In this document: piece after piece, positions 9,783 to 18,775 of the stretch
Numbering within the stretch: the first letter of the stretch is position 1
How the letters are laid out: each line of letters starts with the position of its first letter
Source of the DNA: Candidatus Latescibacterota bacterium
Lineage (GTDB): Bacteria; Latescibacterota; UBA2968; UBA8231
DNA: 64,000 nt
Assembly: GCA_965203355.1 (NCBI GenBank)
Contig: OZ241889.1
Span: 256,001-320,000 of the forward strand
Direction of reading: 5' to 3'
Made by a program: the position numbers and the translations under genes
Notes under the pieces: model-generated
Told to the model about the DNA's origin: nothing
The model's input: only the letters and a program-made list of their open reading frames with translations
The model's database searches: none

Positions 9783-12700
9783 CTAACCTCCTGCCAATTC
9801 GGAAATCCCGTCCCGCTCGTTGGTCCGGGATTGAAGTTGGTCAATCAACTCGGCGCGAGCATCCGGCGCAAGCATCCGGTCGAGCTTGCTGAACAGATAC
9901 TTAATGCGGCGTTCGAGAAGGGGAGCCGCCGAGGGGCTTATTATTTCTGCCTCAAGGAGTCCCTGTTCTGCTCTCGTGACGACCTCTCGAAGGCGATCTG
10001 CAAATTCTCGCAGGCTCGCATCATCCCAACGATCAAGCCCTTTCCCAAGCAAGATCATACTCAACGCACGTGCAAAAGAAGCCTCCGTATAACGGCCATT
10101 TGTTGCTTCAGCCGCACGGGTAAGAATGGCACGAGAGGTGGCGTCAAGATCAGACGAGGAAATCGCTTCATCACTGAAACATGCCGACCACTCTTTTGCC
10201 CGGTGTAGCGCATTGCCGGGAGAATTAGGAGCAAGAGCTAAGAAGTCGTGGATTATGGCGATGGCCTTTGCAGTATAACCATCAACGATGCCTTCTAATT
10301 CTTGGCGAAGAGCGGCCACGCCCTCTAAAGTGTCGTCATCCGGCAAAAGAGTACCCGTCAGTTTGGGAAACTTCTCCAAGGCCAAGACAGCGGGATCGTT
10401 TGTTGTGCGAAGAACGGCTTGGAAGGAACGAGCCTCGGGGCCGACTTCGCGAGTGGTTAGTGCTGGAGTAGGTAACTGGGCCTTCCAGCTTTCAAGAGCA
10501 TCATAGAATTGGCGGATCAAGTCGCCATGATGAGGCGGCATCCCACCGAACTGTTCAATTAAGTCTCGTAAGTACCTAGTTTGGAACGCATCAACCTCCA
10601 GAACATCAACTGAGAATTCGTCTGGAGTCGAGCAGAAATCTTCAATCTCACTAGCGAGGATGTCGGCGAGATATGAACCATGACGTCGAATGACAACAGC
10701 CCGACCAAAGGCTTGTAGCCCCGCCGCAACTAGGATGGGCAGTGTGGCTTTACGGGTTCCATGCGGTGGTCTTTCAAGTGATTCAAGAAAAGCTGCCGGT
10801 GATTTCTCGGAGCTAGGCGTAGTAAAAAAATCTTTAAGCTGCTGCCAAAGCTCCGCTAGGCCACGCTCTCCGATCTCGGCTGGTGCCGCCCAACCCCAGC
10901 CCGTGTCTTTCGTCCGGTACAGTCCTGTGCGCTCTAGCACCGTTCGGTACAAAGCAACATCCGGTGTCGTAGCTTCTATATCAAAACCAAGATGTGGTTT
11001 CCCAGATCGTTCCAGAATTCCTAGGATCAGCTTTTTGCGTGCATTCACCATTGGTCGGCTGATTTTTTCCCTAACGATGAGTTCGTTGTTTATGCGGGGA
11101 GTACTTGGGAACCGTTCATCGGCGAGTTCGGACAACCTCTCGCGCAACTCGCCTTCGTTGCGGACCGATAACTCTTGTCCTTTAGAAAACCAAGTGAGGC
11201 CGTTCGAGCTAGGGCTGACAATCCGCGACACAATGTGCGCTAAGTGTTCTTGGGCAGCATCAATCATGTACTTAATCTCAGGCTCTATGAAGGGATCAGT
11301 CGCAATAAGCTCGTAATTTTGTCCCAAGCTCCTTAATGCCATAATCTCTAATGCAATATCCAGCGTTTGCGTCGGATGCTCTGGGACTACAAGAATAACC
11401 CCTGAGTCAAGCGAAGATAGCTCCCGCACGAAAGAGCGTAGCTCAAGGATTTCTTCGCTCGTCTCGACAAGGCAATAAACAACGCGCCCGTCTTCACCAG
11501 CCCCCAACTGCAACAGTGGATGCCCTACACCTTCTCGCAGCAGATCGTTTGCAGATGCGTATGCACCGGCGAAAAAACGTCGAATGCGGTTCTTCACGTT
11601 ATGGGCAACGGGTCGCCAATAAGGTGGCGGATGCTCTTTTGACAGAATCTCAACAATGTTGAGTTCCAAGCTAATGCGGAGCTTTTCTTCCTCCAAATGG
11701 GCGCGTAGATCAACATCGGTTCCATGCCAAACCGAGATGTCGTCGTTGCGTTGTCGGTAGAGCAGTAGGTTTCGGTCGATCAGGCCATCAATGGTTTGCT
11801 CAATAACAGCATGGGAGGAATCATTGAACTCAGTGACAGCAAACCTGAGAACATCTTTGCGGACGCGCACACGTTCACCAGAAATGCCAAGCCCAAGAAG
11901 GGCCGCCGCCGCTATGATTTCGCTTTCTTCCTTAGTAGCTGCCTTTGAGAGAGCACTTTCGCTTTCAAGCCATCTACGATGTGTCCCGCCGATTCCCGTA
12001 TCGGCTTCCATTGCCTCTGAAAAATATCGGTACAGATCATGCAGAGTTTGCGACTGACCTAGATCGGCCTCTCGCAAGAAGGAAAAGACCGTTCGCTCAT
12101 TTTGTGCGAGCCGAGCCGCTACCCGAGGTAGCATGTGAAGAGCGGCCGGATGCAAAGGGTAAGCACTTCTTAGAGTTTGTGTGAGCTTCCCCTTATTTCC
12201 AAACGACTCAAACAAGCCCAATTCCAGCGCTCTTTCCGCTATCTTCTCACTAGCTTTAAGGGTCAGAGGCCGACGAATATCGCGCGATTGTTCGATCACT
12301 GAGGCGATCAATTCGTACATCTCCCGACTGTCTTCGACATAGCGGACCAATCCGAAGCGGCCCTCAATTTTCCGCCAACTGTTGCGTGCGGCTTGGCTCA
12401 GATTGCCAACATAGTGAAAGAAGGTCTGGTGTAATAGGATAGTGAATGTCGCGGTAGGTTCATCCTGTCGAGAAGCCCATTCAGCGATCTGTTGGACTTC
12501 GGAAAGAACTTCCGCATGTCCAGAAGAAGCAAGGGTTTCAAGATGCCGACCAAACTCATCCCATATTATTGAAATACGGTCGCGGCCTTGTGTATGTGCC
12601 CTTTGAGAGATTGCGTCTAAAATGTGAAGAATCTCGCCGTTGTGCCGACGTGGCTTCCGAAAATATCTGAGTTGCTGTTTCGCCTGCTCAATAATAGCAC

Positions 12701-13064
12701 CAGCAAGATCAGGTTGGTACCCTTCAAGGACGATAGTTAGCCCTTGGGTGCGACTTTTTATGCGAGTTTTAACAATAGCGCTAAGTTGTTTATCAACAGC
12801 GGCGAGACGTTCGCTAATTACGGAGAGCACCTTTCGCGCTGAGGGTGAGTTCTCGACCGCCATGGTCGCTATTCCGGTAGCCAGCGATTTCCCAGAACCA
12901 TACGCAGCGACTACCATCGAAGCGGCAGCAGGCTTTCCATCAAGTACCGCTTGGATGACTTGGGTACTCTTCTTAGTGGGATAGAAATGTGAAAATCGCT
13001 CGGGATGGTCCCTGTCGAGGAGCAGACTGATCGACTTAAAAAAACGGTCTGTTGTACCTATCAT
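9783..13064 (-). CDS. sspC: Large P-loop ATPase, SspC-like (BrxC-related)
   Basis: Walker A AAYGSGKS, Walker B IIWDEFG, WRKIEGRF, YPLHP and QNERTVFSFL. The ATG at 13064 overlaps the sspB stop (ATGA). Confidence 0.82.
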   Translation of the reverse strand: MIGTTDRFFKSISLLLDRDHPERFSHFYPTKKSTQVIQAVLDGKPAAASMVVAAYGSGKSLATGIATMAVENSPSARKVLSVISERLAAVDKQLSAIVKTRIKSRTQGLTIVLEGYQPDLAGAIIEQAKQQLRYFRKPRRHNGEILHILDAISQRAHTQGRDRISIIWDEFGRHLETLASSGHAEVLSEVQQIAEWASRQDEPTATFTILLHQTFFHYVGNLSQAARNSWRKIEGRFGLVRYVEDSREMYELIASVIEQSRDIRRPLTLKASEKIAERALELGLFESFGNKGKLTQTLRSAYPLHPAALHMLPRVAARLAQNERTVFSFLREADLGQSQTLHDLYRYFSEAMEADTGIGGTHRRWLESESALSKAATKEESEIIAAAALLGLGISGERVRVRKDVLRFAVTEFNDSSHAVIEQTIDGLIDRNLLLYRQRNDDISVWHGTDVDLRAHLEEEKLRISLELNIVEILSKEHPPPYWRPVAHNVKNRIRRFFAGAYASANDLLREGVGHPLLQLGAGEDGRVVYCLVETSEEILELRSFVRELSSLDSGVILVVPEHPTQTLDIALEIMALRSLGQNYELIATDPFIEPEIKYMIDAAQEHLAHIVSRIVSPSSNGLTWFSKGQELSVRNEGELRERLSELADERFPSTPRINNELIVREKISRPMVNARKKLILGILERSGKPHLGFDIEATTPDVALYRTVLERTGLYRTKDTGWGWAAPAEIGERGLAELWQQLKDFFTTPSSEKSPAAFLESLERPPHGTRKATLPILVAAGLQAFGRAVVIRRHGSYLADILASEIEDFCSTPDEFSVDVLEVDAFQTRYLRDLIEQFGGMPPHHGDLIRQFYDALESWKAQLPTPALTTREVGPEARSFQAVLRTTNDPAVLALEKFPKLTGTLLPDDDTLEGVAALRQELEGIVDGYTAKAIAIIHDFLALAPNSPGNALHRAKEWSACFSDEAISSSDLDATSRAILTRAAEATNGRYTEASFARALSMILLGKGLDRWDDASLREFADRLREVVTRAEQGLLEAEIISPSAAPLLERRIKYLFSKLDRMLAPDARAELIDQLQSRTNERDGISELAGG

Positions 13065-13951
13065 CGTCCTGCTCCAAGGTAGTACTTCTTCAGCCAACCA
13101 GACAGCGACAACCCTCTTACTCTGACGAAGCGTTCACCTCCAAGAGTATGCGTGTGAATCAGCTCTGTCCCGAGTGCTTCTTCAGCCTCACCTAGGAGAT
13201 TAATCAACGCATCCGCATCTAAGGCCAATGTTCTTCCTGGACATTTAGGCTTGGCTATAGCTTCCGATAAATTGAGATCAAAAGAGTCGCCGCTATCTTC
13301 GTCTTCTGGCAATGCTTTAGCGAAGGCGTATCCAATGATCTCGAACGGAATAGCTTTTTTGCGGCGATTTAGCTGATAAGTGTCTGACTCACGCAGATAC
13401 GTGATCAGCCCTAGTAACCGGAACGGACACTCATGGCCGTCTTCGGGATCCTCCTGAGTGGGAGGGATCGGTGTCGCGTAACTTGACAATAGACACGCTA
13501 TATCCCGTGAGATCGTCTTTGGACTAGGGAGGCGTTGTCCCTGGACAACAAGTTGCCGCCGGAGGTCTTCCGAACAGCGGATACGGTCGAAGCGCCCATG
13601 CGAGAACTGATTAAAGAACCAATACCATGCAACGGCATCGATCCCACATGTTACCAAATTGACGTGTAACACCCACCAAGTGCCGAGGCGCAAGAAATAG
13701 GGGTCGTATTGCTGAATGGTTCTGCCGATAGGGGTGATGGCCGATGAACCACTGCGACCGTTTTTCGTTGTTTCTACAAGACCTGTTACCTGTAGCCAAT
13801 GCCGAATCGACTTGGCCATATTGCGACCAACGCCTAGGTAATCGGATACGAATGGGTCCTTAAAAGCGTCCGCGTCTTCCTTGAGAAGCTCGAGGCCCTT
13901 AACGAGCCAATCTTCTCGCACCGCGAAAGTTTCGTGTCCGCCAAATCTCAC
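13061..13951 (-). CDS. sspB: DUF4007 family protein, SspB-like nickase
   Basis: Family signature FGGHETFAVREDWLVKG...LGVGRNMAKSIRHWL...DPYF...WWVLH...ECPFRLLGL. Confidence 0.88.
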   Translation of the reverse strand: MRFGGHETFAVREDWLVKGLELLKEDADAFKDPFVSDYLGVGRNMAKSIRHWLQVTGLVETTKNGRSGSSAITPIGRTIQQYDPYFLRLGTWWVLHVNLVTCGIDAVAWYWFFNQFSHGRFDRIRCSEDLRRQLVVQGQRLPSPKTISRDIACLLSSYATPIPPTQEDPEDGHECPFRLLGLITYLRESDTYQLNRRKKAIPFEIIGYAFAKALPEDEDSGDSFDLNLSEAIAKPKCPGRTLALDADALINLLGEAEEALGTELIHTHTLGGERFVRVRGLSLSGWLKKYYLGAGR

Positions 13952-13957
13952 AGTTGC

Positions 13958-15103
13958 TTACCCAGTCAGCCGTTCCAGTGCAAGTAAGCGTTGATAGACT
14001 AAACAGACCGCTTCTGCGGCCTGCTTGGCTTCTTCAAGCGAGTTGAGCACCGAAAAAGAGAACCGAACGCTTGCGAAGGCTTGATCTTCTGTTAGTCCCA
14101 TGGCAAGCAATACATGAGAAGGTTCGGGGCGCTGGCTCACGCAGGCAGAGGTCTGCGAGCAAATGATACCCACCTGATCAAGTTGGGCCATAAGAGCCAT
14201 GCCTTCTACGGACGAAAAATGAATGTTAGAGGTATTGGGAACGCGATTACTGCGATCTCCATTAATATGAAGCCCTAGCGCAGACCCTGCAAGATGGTCC
14301 TCAAATACTCCTCTTAGGGTCTCAAGATGTGTTATCGCCTCGTTTAGCTGGCGAGAGCGGACATCGGCAGCTATACCGAAACCAATGATCCCTGGCAGAT
14401 TTTCGGTGCCTGGGCGCATCCCACTTTCCTGATCTCCGCCGAAGAGCAAGGGAGAGAGTAGGTTTTCTTGCTTGCTGCAAATCGCGCCAATTCCCTTCGG
14501 ACCGTGAATCTTGTGTGCGGTGAACGTCATAAAATCAATGGGAAGATCGGGCAACGAGATTGGAACGCGACCAATTGCTTGCGCCGCATCGACATGAAAC
14601 GGCACTAGACGCCGGCGGCAAATTTCACCTAGTGCCTCAATCGGTTGTACGGTGCCGGTTTCGCTATTTGCCCACTGAACGGACACAAGGGTCGCTGGCT
14701 CCTCTAGAGCAACTTCAAGGCTATGTGGACTGACCCGACCAAGCTGATCTACTGGTAGAATAGTGACCTCTACGTCCGCATCTTGCAGAGCTTGGGCCGT
14801 CTTCAAGACAGACGAGTGTTCAATCTCCGTCGTGACGAGCCGGGTTCCCTGCTTATGTGAACAGATGCTTTGAAGAACGAGGTTATTGGCCTCCGTTCCC
14901 CCCGAAGTGAACAGAATCTGTTCCGACTCTGAACCAACGAGACTAGCGACGCGATGGCGGGCCTCGGACAGGGCCTCGCGAGCATCCGCGCCAAGTTGAT
15001 GCGGACTCGATGGATTCCCGTACCTAGTCGTCATCAACTCGACGACCGCATCGACCACTTCCGGCAAGGAGCGCGTCGTGGCGTTGTTGTCCAAGTAAAT
15101 CAC
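13958..15103 (-). CDS. sspA: Cysteine desulfurase (IscS/DndA/SspA)
   Basis: IYLDNNATT, GNPSS, FTSGGTEANN, HVDAAQ, PLP lysine TAHKIHGPKG and catalytic Cys in SQTSAC. First gene of the ssp operon. Confidence 0.9.
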   Translation of the reverse strand: MIYLDNNATTRSLPEVVDAVVELMTTRYGNPSSPHQLGADAREALSEARHRVASLVGSESEQILFTSGGTEANNLVLQSICSHKQGTRLVTTEIEHSSVLKTAQALQDADVEVTILPVDQLGRVSPHSLEVALEEPATLVSVQWANSETGTVQPIEALGEICRRRLVPFHVDAAQAIGRVPISLPDLPIDFMTFTAHKIHGPKGIGAICSKQENLLSPLLFGGDQESGMRPGTENLPGIIGFGIAADVRSRQLNEAITHLETLRGVFEDHLAGSALGLHINGDRSNRVPNTSNIHFSSVEGMALMAQLDQVGIICSQTSACVSQRPEPSHVLLAMGLTEDQAFASVRFSFSVLNSLEEAKQAAEAVCLVYQRLLALERLTG

Positions 15104-15882
15104 TTCAGCTTTCCTCTAGCCCTCACCCCCGGCGGCATAAAAAACTCGTACTGCTCCGGCGTGCCGTAGCCTTCCATCTCCGTCAGCCGCACCCCGGTGC
15201 TGTTGAGCGCCGCCTCGACGATCCGCTTGTTAAAGGTGCTGACGTTTTCCTCGGCCAGATAGTCGCCCACCGGCATCCACAGACACTCGGCAATCTCGTC
15301 CTCTTGGATGCTAATCTCCGTGCTCAGAGGGCGCAGGCGGCAGACGAAGTAAATATCCGACTTGCCATAGCGGTAGCCGTGCCAGTGGCGAAAGCAGACC
15401 AGCGCGTCGAACTCGGTCTCGACTCCGGTCTCTTCGGAGACTTCGCGCACCACGGCTTCGGCCAAGTGCTCGCCCGCGTGGAGCGCACCCCCGGGCAACT
15501 TGTAGCGCGGCGGGCCGGGCGCACGTCGATGGTACTTTTCGCTGACCACTAGCAGTTCCCGCGCCTCGTTGAGCACCACGCCGCCCGCGCCGATATAGTG
15601 CGAAGCGTGGGCCGGCACATAAGCACCTTCTTCGAGTTGCAAGGTCATCATTAGATAGCCATCGCCGCTGTGGTGGAATGTAAAACCGACTTCCGCCGCT
15701 ACCGGGATCAACGCCGCCTTGGCAATCGGCACTTCCAGCCAGACGACCCGGTAGCCTTCGCCTGCCCAAGCCGCCAGCGAAACGCGCAGCCGCTCGGCAA
15801 ACGCCGCCGGGTTTGGGTCGAGAGCCTCTGGTTTGGGAATGATGCCGCCGAATGGATTGGTTGTTGCCGCAATAGGTTCCAT
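15100..15882 (-). CDS. NUDIX hydrolase (NUDT6-like, with N-terminal pre-NUDIX domain)
   Basis: Nudix box KLPGG...GEHLAEAVVREVSEETGV, plus GFTFHH and KSDIYFVCRL. Start at MEPIAAT. Confidence 0.9.
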   Translation of the reverse strand: MEPIAATTNPFGGIIPKPEALDPNPAAFAERLRVSLAAWAGEGYRVVWLEVPIAKAALIPVAAEVGFTFHHSGDGYLMMTLQLEEGAYVPAHASHYIGAGGVVLNEARELLVVSEKYHRRAPGPPRYKLPGGALHAGEHLAEAVVREVSEETGVETEFDALVCFRHWHGYRYGKSDIYFVCRLRPLSTEISIQEDEIAECLWMPVGDYLAEENVSTFNKRIVEAALNSTGVRLTEMEGYGTPEQYEFFMPPGVRARGKLK

Positions 15883-16030
15883 AGCCCGCCTTCCGCAATG
15901 GCCGCTAGTGATAGCAAACCCCACTTGGCGTGTCAACCCGCCCAGCTTGGCCCGCTGCCAAACCGTACCCTCGGTGGAGAGCACCGCCTTAGCACCTTAT
16001 ATTGAGATATTCCACATAGAAAGGATCAAC

Positions 16031-17302
16031 ATGTCCGCAAAACTACCCCTCGCCATCGTCGGCTGCGGCGGCATGGGCCACCGCCATCTCTACGGCCTCG
16101 CCGAGTTGCAAAGTGCCGGCCTGTCGCCCTTTGAACTGGTGGGGGCCTGCGACCCCAATCTCGGCAATGCCCACTCGCTCGCCGACCAAGCCGAGGAGCG
16201 GCTGGGGACGCGACCCAAACCCGTCAAAGACCTCGCCGAATTGGCCGCGGTCGCCCCGGTCCAAGCCGTCGACATCACCACCCTACCAGCCCATCACCAC
16301 ACCGTGGCCATCGAGGCCATGGAGCGCGGCTGGCACGCGATGTGCGAAAAACCCATGGGACTTACGGCCCGCGCCTGCAAACAGATGATCGCCAAGACCC
16401 AAGAGACCGGATGCGTCCTCTCGGTAGCTGAAAACTACCGCCGCGACCCAGTAAACCGCCTCGCCAAGGCCCTGCTCAACGCGGGCGTCATTGGGCGTCC
16501 GCGCCTGATGCAGCAAATTGCCATAGGCGGCGGCGACCGCATGCTCATTTCCGTGTGGCGGCACCAGAAAAATGCCAGCGGGGTCCTGCTCGACGTGGGC
16601 GTTCACTTTGCCGACATCATGGAGTACTTCCTCGGGGCAGCCGACACAGCCTACGCCCAGACGCGCCTGCATGAGCCGATCCGCAAAAACCCCCTCGCGG
16701 GCCGCGCCAGCACCGGCAGCGGTTCGCCGGGCGGCGTCTATGAACGTTGGCAAAAAGACATGCCAGCCGAGTTTGAGGCCACCGCAGACGACGCGGCCTA
16801 CGCCACCATCCTCTTCAAAAGCGGCGCGGTCGCCCAGTACATCGAAGACCACGCCGCCCACGGCCAAAACCAGCAACAACGCTCCATCCACGGCAGCCTC
16901 GGCTCGCTGGACCTGCCCGGCGATCGCTCGGGCAACCGCCTCACACTCCATCTTGACGGCGCAGACCCCATCAGCGACCAAGCACTCCTCGATCTCGTGC
17001 CCGACCACCGCCTCGACGAAGTCACGGCCGCGCTCTTCGGCGGCGACCGGCTCTTCGAGTACCACCTTCCCTTTCCCGAGACCGACCGCAAGCTAATCGC
17101 CATCGAATACCACGAACTGGGCACCTGCATCCAGCAGGGGCGACAGCCCGAAGTCGACGCCCAGCAAGGCGCGCGCTCCGTGGGCCTGTCCTACAGCCTG
17201 ATGGAGTCGCAAGTCGCCGGCCGCGCGCTCTCGGTCGATGCGGTCTGCGACGACCAGATCAACGCTTACCAAGCCGAGATCAACGAGCATCTGGGGCTAT
17301 AG
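16031..17302 (+). CDS. Gfo/Idh/MocA family oxidoreductase
   Basis: IVGCGGMG, CEKPMG, AENYRR and LLDVGVH motifs. RBS AAGGA before the ATG at 16031. Confidence 0.92.
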   Translation: MSAKLPLAIVGCGGMGHRHLYGLAELQSAGLSPFELVGACDPNLGNAHSLADQAEERLGTRPKPVKDLAELAAVAPVQAVDITTLPAHHHTVAIEAMERGWHAMCEKPMGLTARACKQMIAKTQETGCVLSVAENYRRDPVNRLAKALLNAGVIGRPRLMQQIAIGGGDRMLISVWRHQKNASGVLLDVGVHFADIMEYFLGAADTAYAQTRLHEPIRKNPLAGRASTGSGSPGGVYERWQKDMPAEFEATADDAAYATILFKSGAVAQYIEDHAAHGQNQQQRSIHGSLGSLDLPGDRSGNRLTLHLDGADPISDQALLDLVPDHRLDEVTAALFGGDRLFEYHLPFPETDRKLIAIEYHELGTCIQQGRQPEVDAQQGARSVGLSYSLMESQVAGRALSVDAVCDDQINAYQAEINEHLGL

Positions 17303-17306
17303 GACG

Positions 17307-18107
17307 ATGGTCGCCATCCTCTGCCCTCGCTGCCACAAAATCGTCAGTGCCGAAGCCGAAACCTGCCCCCATTGCGGCCAGCGCAAACCCGGGCTGTGGG
17401 GCGCGACAGCTACCATGCGCAAGCTCGGCCTACAGTTAAACTTTCCGCACTTAATCACCGTGTTCTGCGGCGTGCTCTACCTGCTCGCGTTGGCCCTAGA
17501 TCCATCGGCGATTTTCCAGACGCAGGGCCTGATGCAGATTCTCGCGCCCAGCATCCAAGCCAGCTTCAAACTCGGCGTCACCGGCACCGTACCCATTTTC
17601 GCCTACAAATTCTGGTGGACGCCGATCACCGCCATCTACCTGCACGGCGGCCTGCTGCACATCTTCTTCAACATGATGTGGGTGCGCCAGCTCGGGCCGG
17701 TCGTGGAAGAGCTCTTCGGCCCCTTTCGCCTCTTTGCGATCTTTACGGTCGCCGGCATCACCGGCTTTATAGCCTCGACGCTAGCGGGCCACGAACTCAC
17801 GCTGGGAGCCTCCGGCTCGATCTTCGGCCTCTTGGCCGCGGCCATCGCCTACGGGCGGCGCGTCGGCTCTCAGCTTTTTACCCGGCAATTTCTCCAGTGG
17901 GCGGCCTTGCTTTTCGTCATGGGCTTTGTCATGCCCGGCGTCGATAACTGGGCGCACGGCGGCGGCTTCGTCGGCGGTTACGCAGTAGCGTATGTGTTCA
18001 GCCGCCACTCGGAGCGCGAGGGCTTGGGAGCCTATCTGATCGGCGGTTTGTGTATCCTGGGCACGGTCGGCGCGTTCGTCTTGCAGTTTATCGCCGTATT
18101 GCTGTAG
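17307..18107 (+). CDS. Rhomboid intramembrane serine protease with N-terminal zinc ribbon
   Basis: CPRC...CPHCG, HGGLLHIFFNM, catalytic GASG and NWAHGGG. Confidence 0.92.
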   Translation: MVAILCPRCHKIVSAEAETCPHCGQRKPGLWGATATMRKLGLQLNFPHLITVFCGVLYLLALALDPSAIFQTQGLMQILAPSIQASFKLGVTGTVPIFAYKFWWTPITAIYLHGGLLHIFFNMMWVRQLGPVVEELFGPFRLFAIFTVAGITGFIASTLAGHELTLGASGSIFGLLAAAIAYGRRVGSQLFTRQFLQWAALLFVMGFVMPGVDNWAHGGGFVGGYAVAYVFSRHSEREGLGAYLIGGLCILGTVGAFVLQFIAVLL

Positions 18108-18115
18108 CCGGCCTC

Positions 18116-18775
18116 ATGCCCGACGAACTCATCGCGCTCTTCGATGAGCAAGGCCGTCCCAGCGGCAGCAAAAGTCGCGCGGCTGTCAATGGAGACAGCG
18201 ACCGCGTCGGCTTGGTGTTCGTCTGGGCGGCTTGGCGCACGTCCGCCGGCATGGCCCGCACCCTATTGCAGACGCGCTCGCGCCCCGGCGACCCCTATCT
18301 CGGCAGCCTCGACGCGCCAGCCGGCGGCCACATCCGGGCCGGAGAAACGCCCACCGCAGCGGCCCACCGCGAATTCGCCGAAGAAGTCGGCATCGCGCTG
18401 ACGCCCGCCGAATTGGTTCTCCTCGGACAGCAACCACTTCAAGGCACCGGGCCCTCGGCCATGCAGTTTTTCTACCTCTGCACGCGGCCCATCTTGCTGG
18501 GAGAAACCGCATTCAACGAAGAAGTGGGGGCCTTCGTCGAAGTCGGGCTCGACGATTTCGCCGCTTTGATCGGCAAGCGAGTCGCGTCAATCCAAGGCCA
18601 AGCCCGCTACAAGGAAGCACCAAACGAAACAAGGCCCCGGGAAATTGCGCCCGCCGCCTTTGCCGCCTATTCCGCCCCGATCATGGACGCCTTCCGCCGT
18701 TCAGTCGGCGCAATCCGCGCCTATCTCGACGCCGGACCAGCCAACGCTACTACCTGGCCGCCTGCGACTGATTGA
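18116..18775 (+). CDS. NUDIX-fold protein (IPP isomerase-like)
   Basis: LLQTRS...LDAPAGGHIRAGETPTAAAHREFAEEVGI Nudix box. Confidence 0.8.
   Translation: MPDELIALFDEQGRPSGSKSRAAVNGDSDRVGLVFVWAAWRTSAGMARTLLQTRSRPGDPYLGSLDAPAGGHIRAGETPTAAAHREFAEEVGIALTPAELVLLGQQPLQGTGPSAMQFFYLCTRPILLGETAFNEEVGAFVEVGLDDFAALIGKRVASIQGQARYKEAPNETRPREIAPAAFAAYSAPIMDAFRRSVGAIRAYLDAGPANATTWPPATD

Larger units (their letters stand above)
3890..15103. mobile_element. Horizontally acquired defence island (no integrase seen)
   Basis: Visibly lower GC and different codon usage from the flanks, AT-rich spacer at 4260-4430, pseudogene at the left edge, and all genes of defence type. Boundaries approximate. Confidence 0.7.

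Noticed and set aside
9783-13951. Canonical methylation-based BREX (types 1-3) or DndBCDE
   Set aside because: No PglX methylase, PglZ, BrxL, DndB, SMC-like DndD or DndE is recognisable. DUF4007 + ATPase + short PAPS reductase fits Ssp.
13958-15103. Housekeeping iscS of Fe-S cluster assembly
   Set aside because: No iscU, iscR or suf neighbours; island-like composition; 6-bp gap to the DUF4007 gene.
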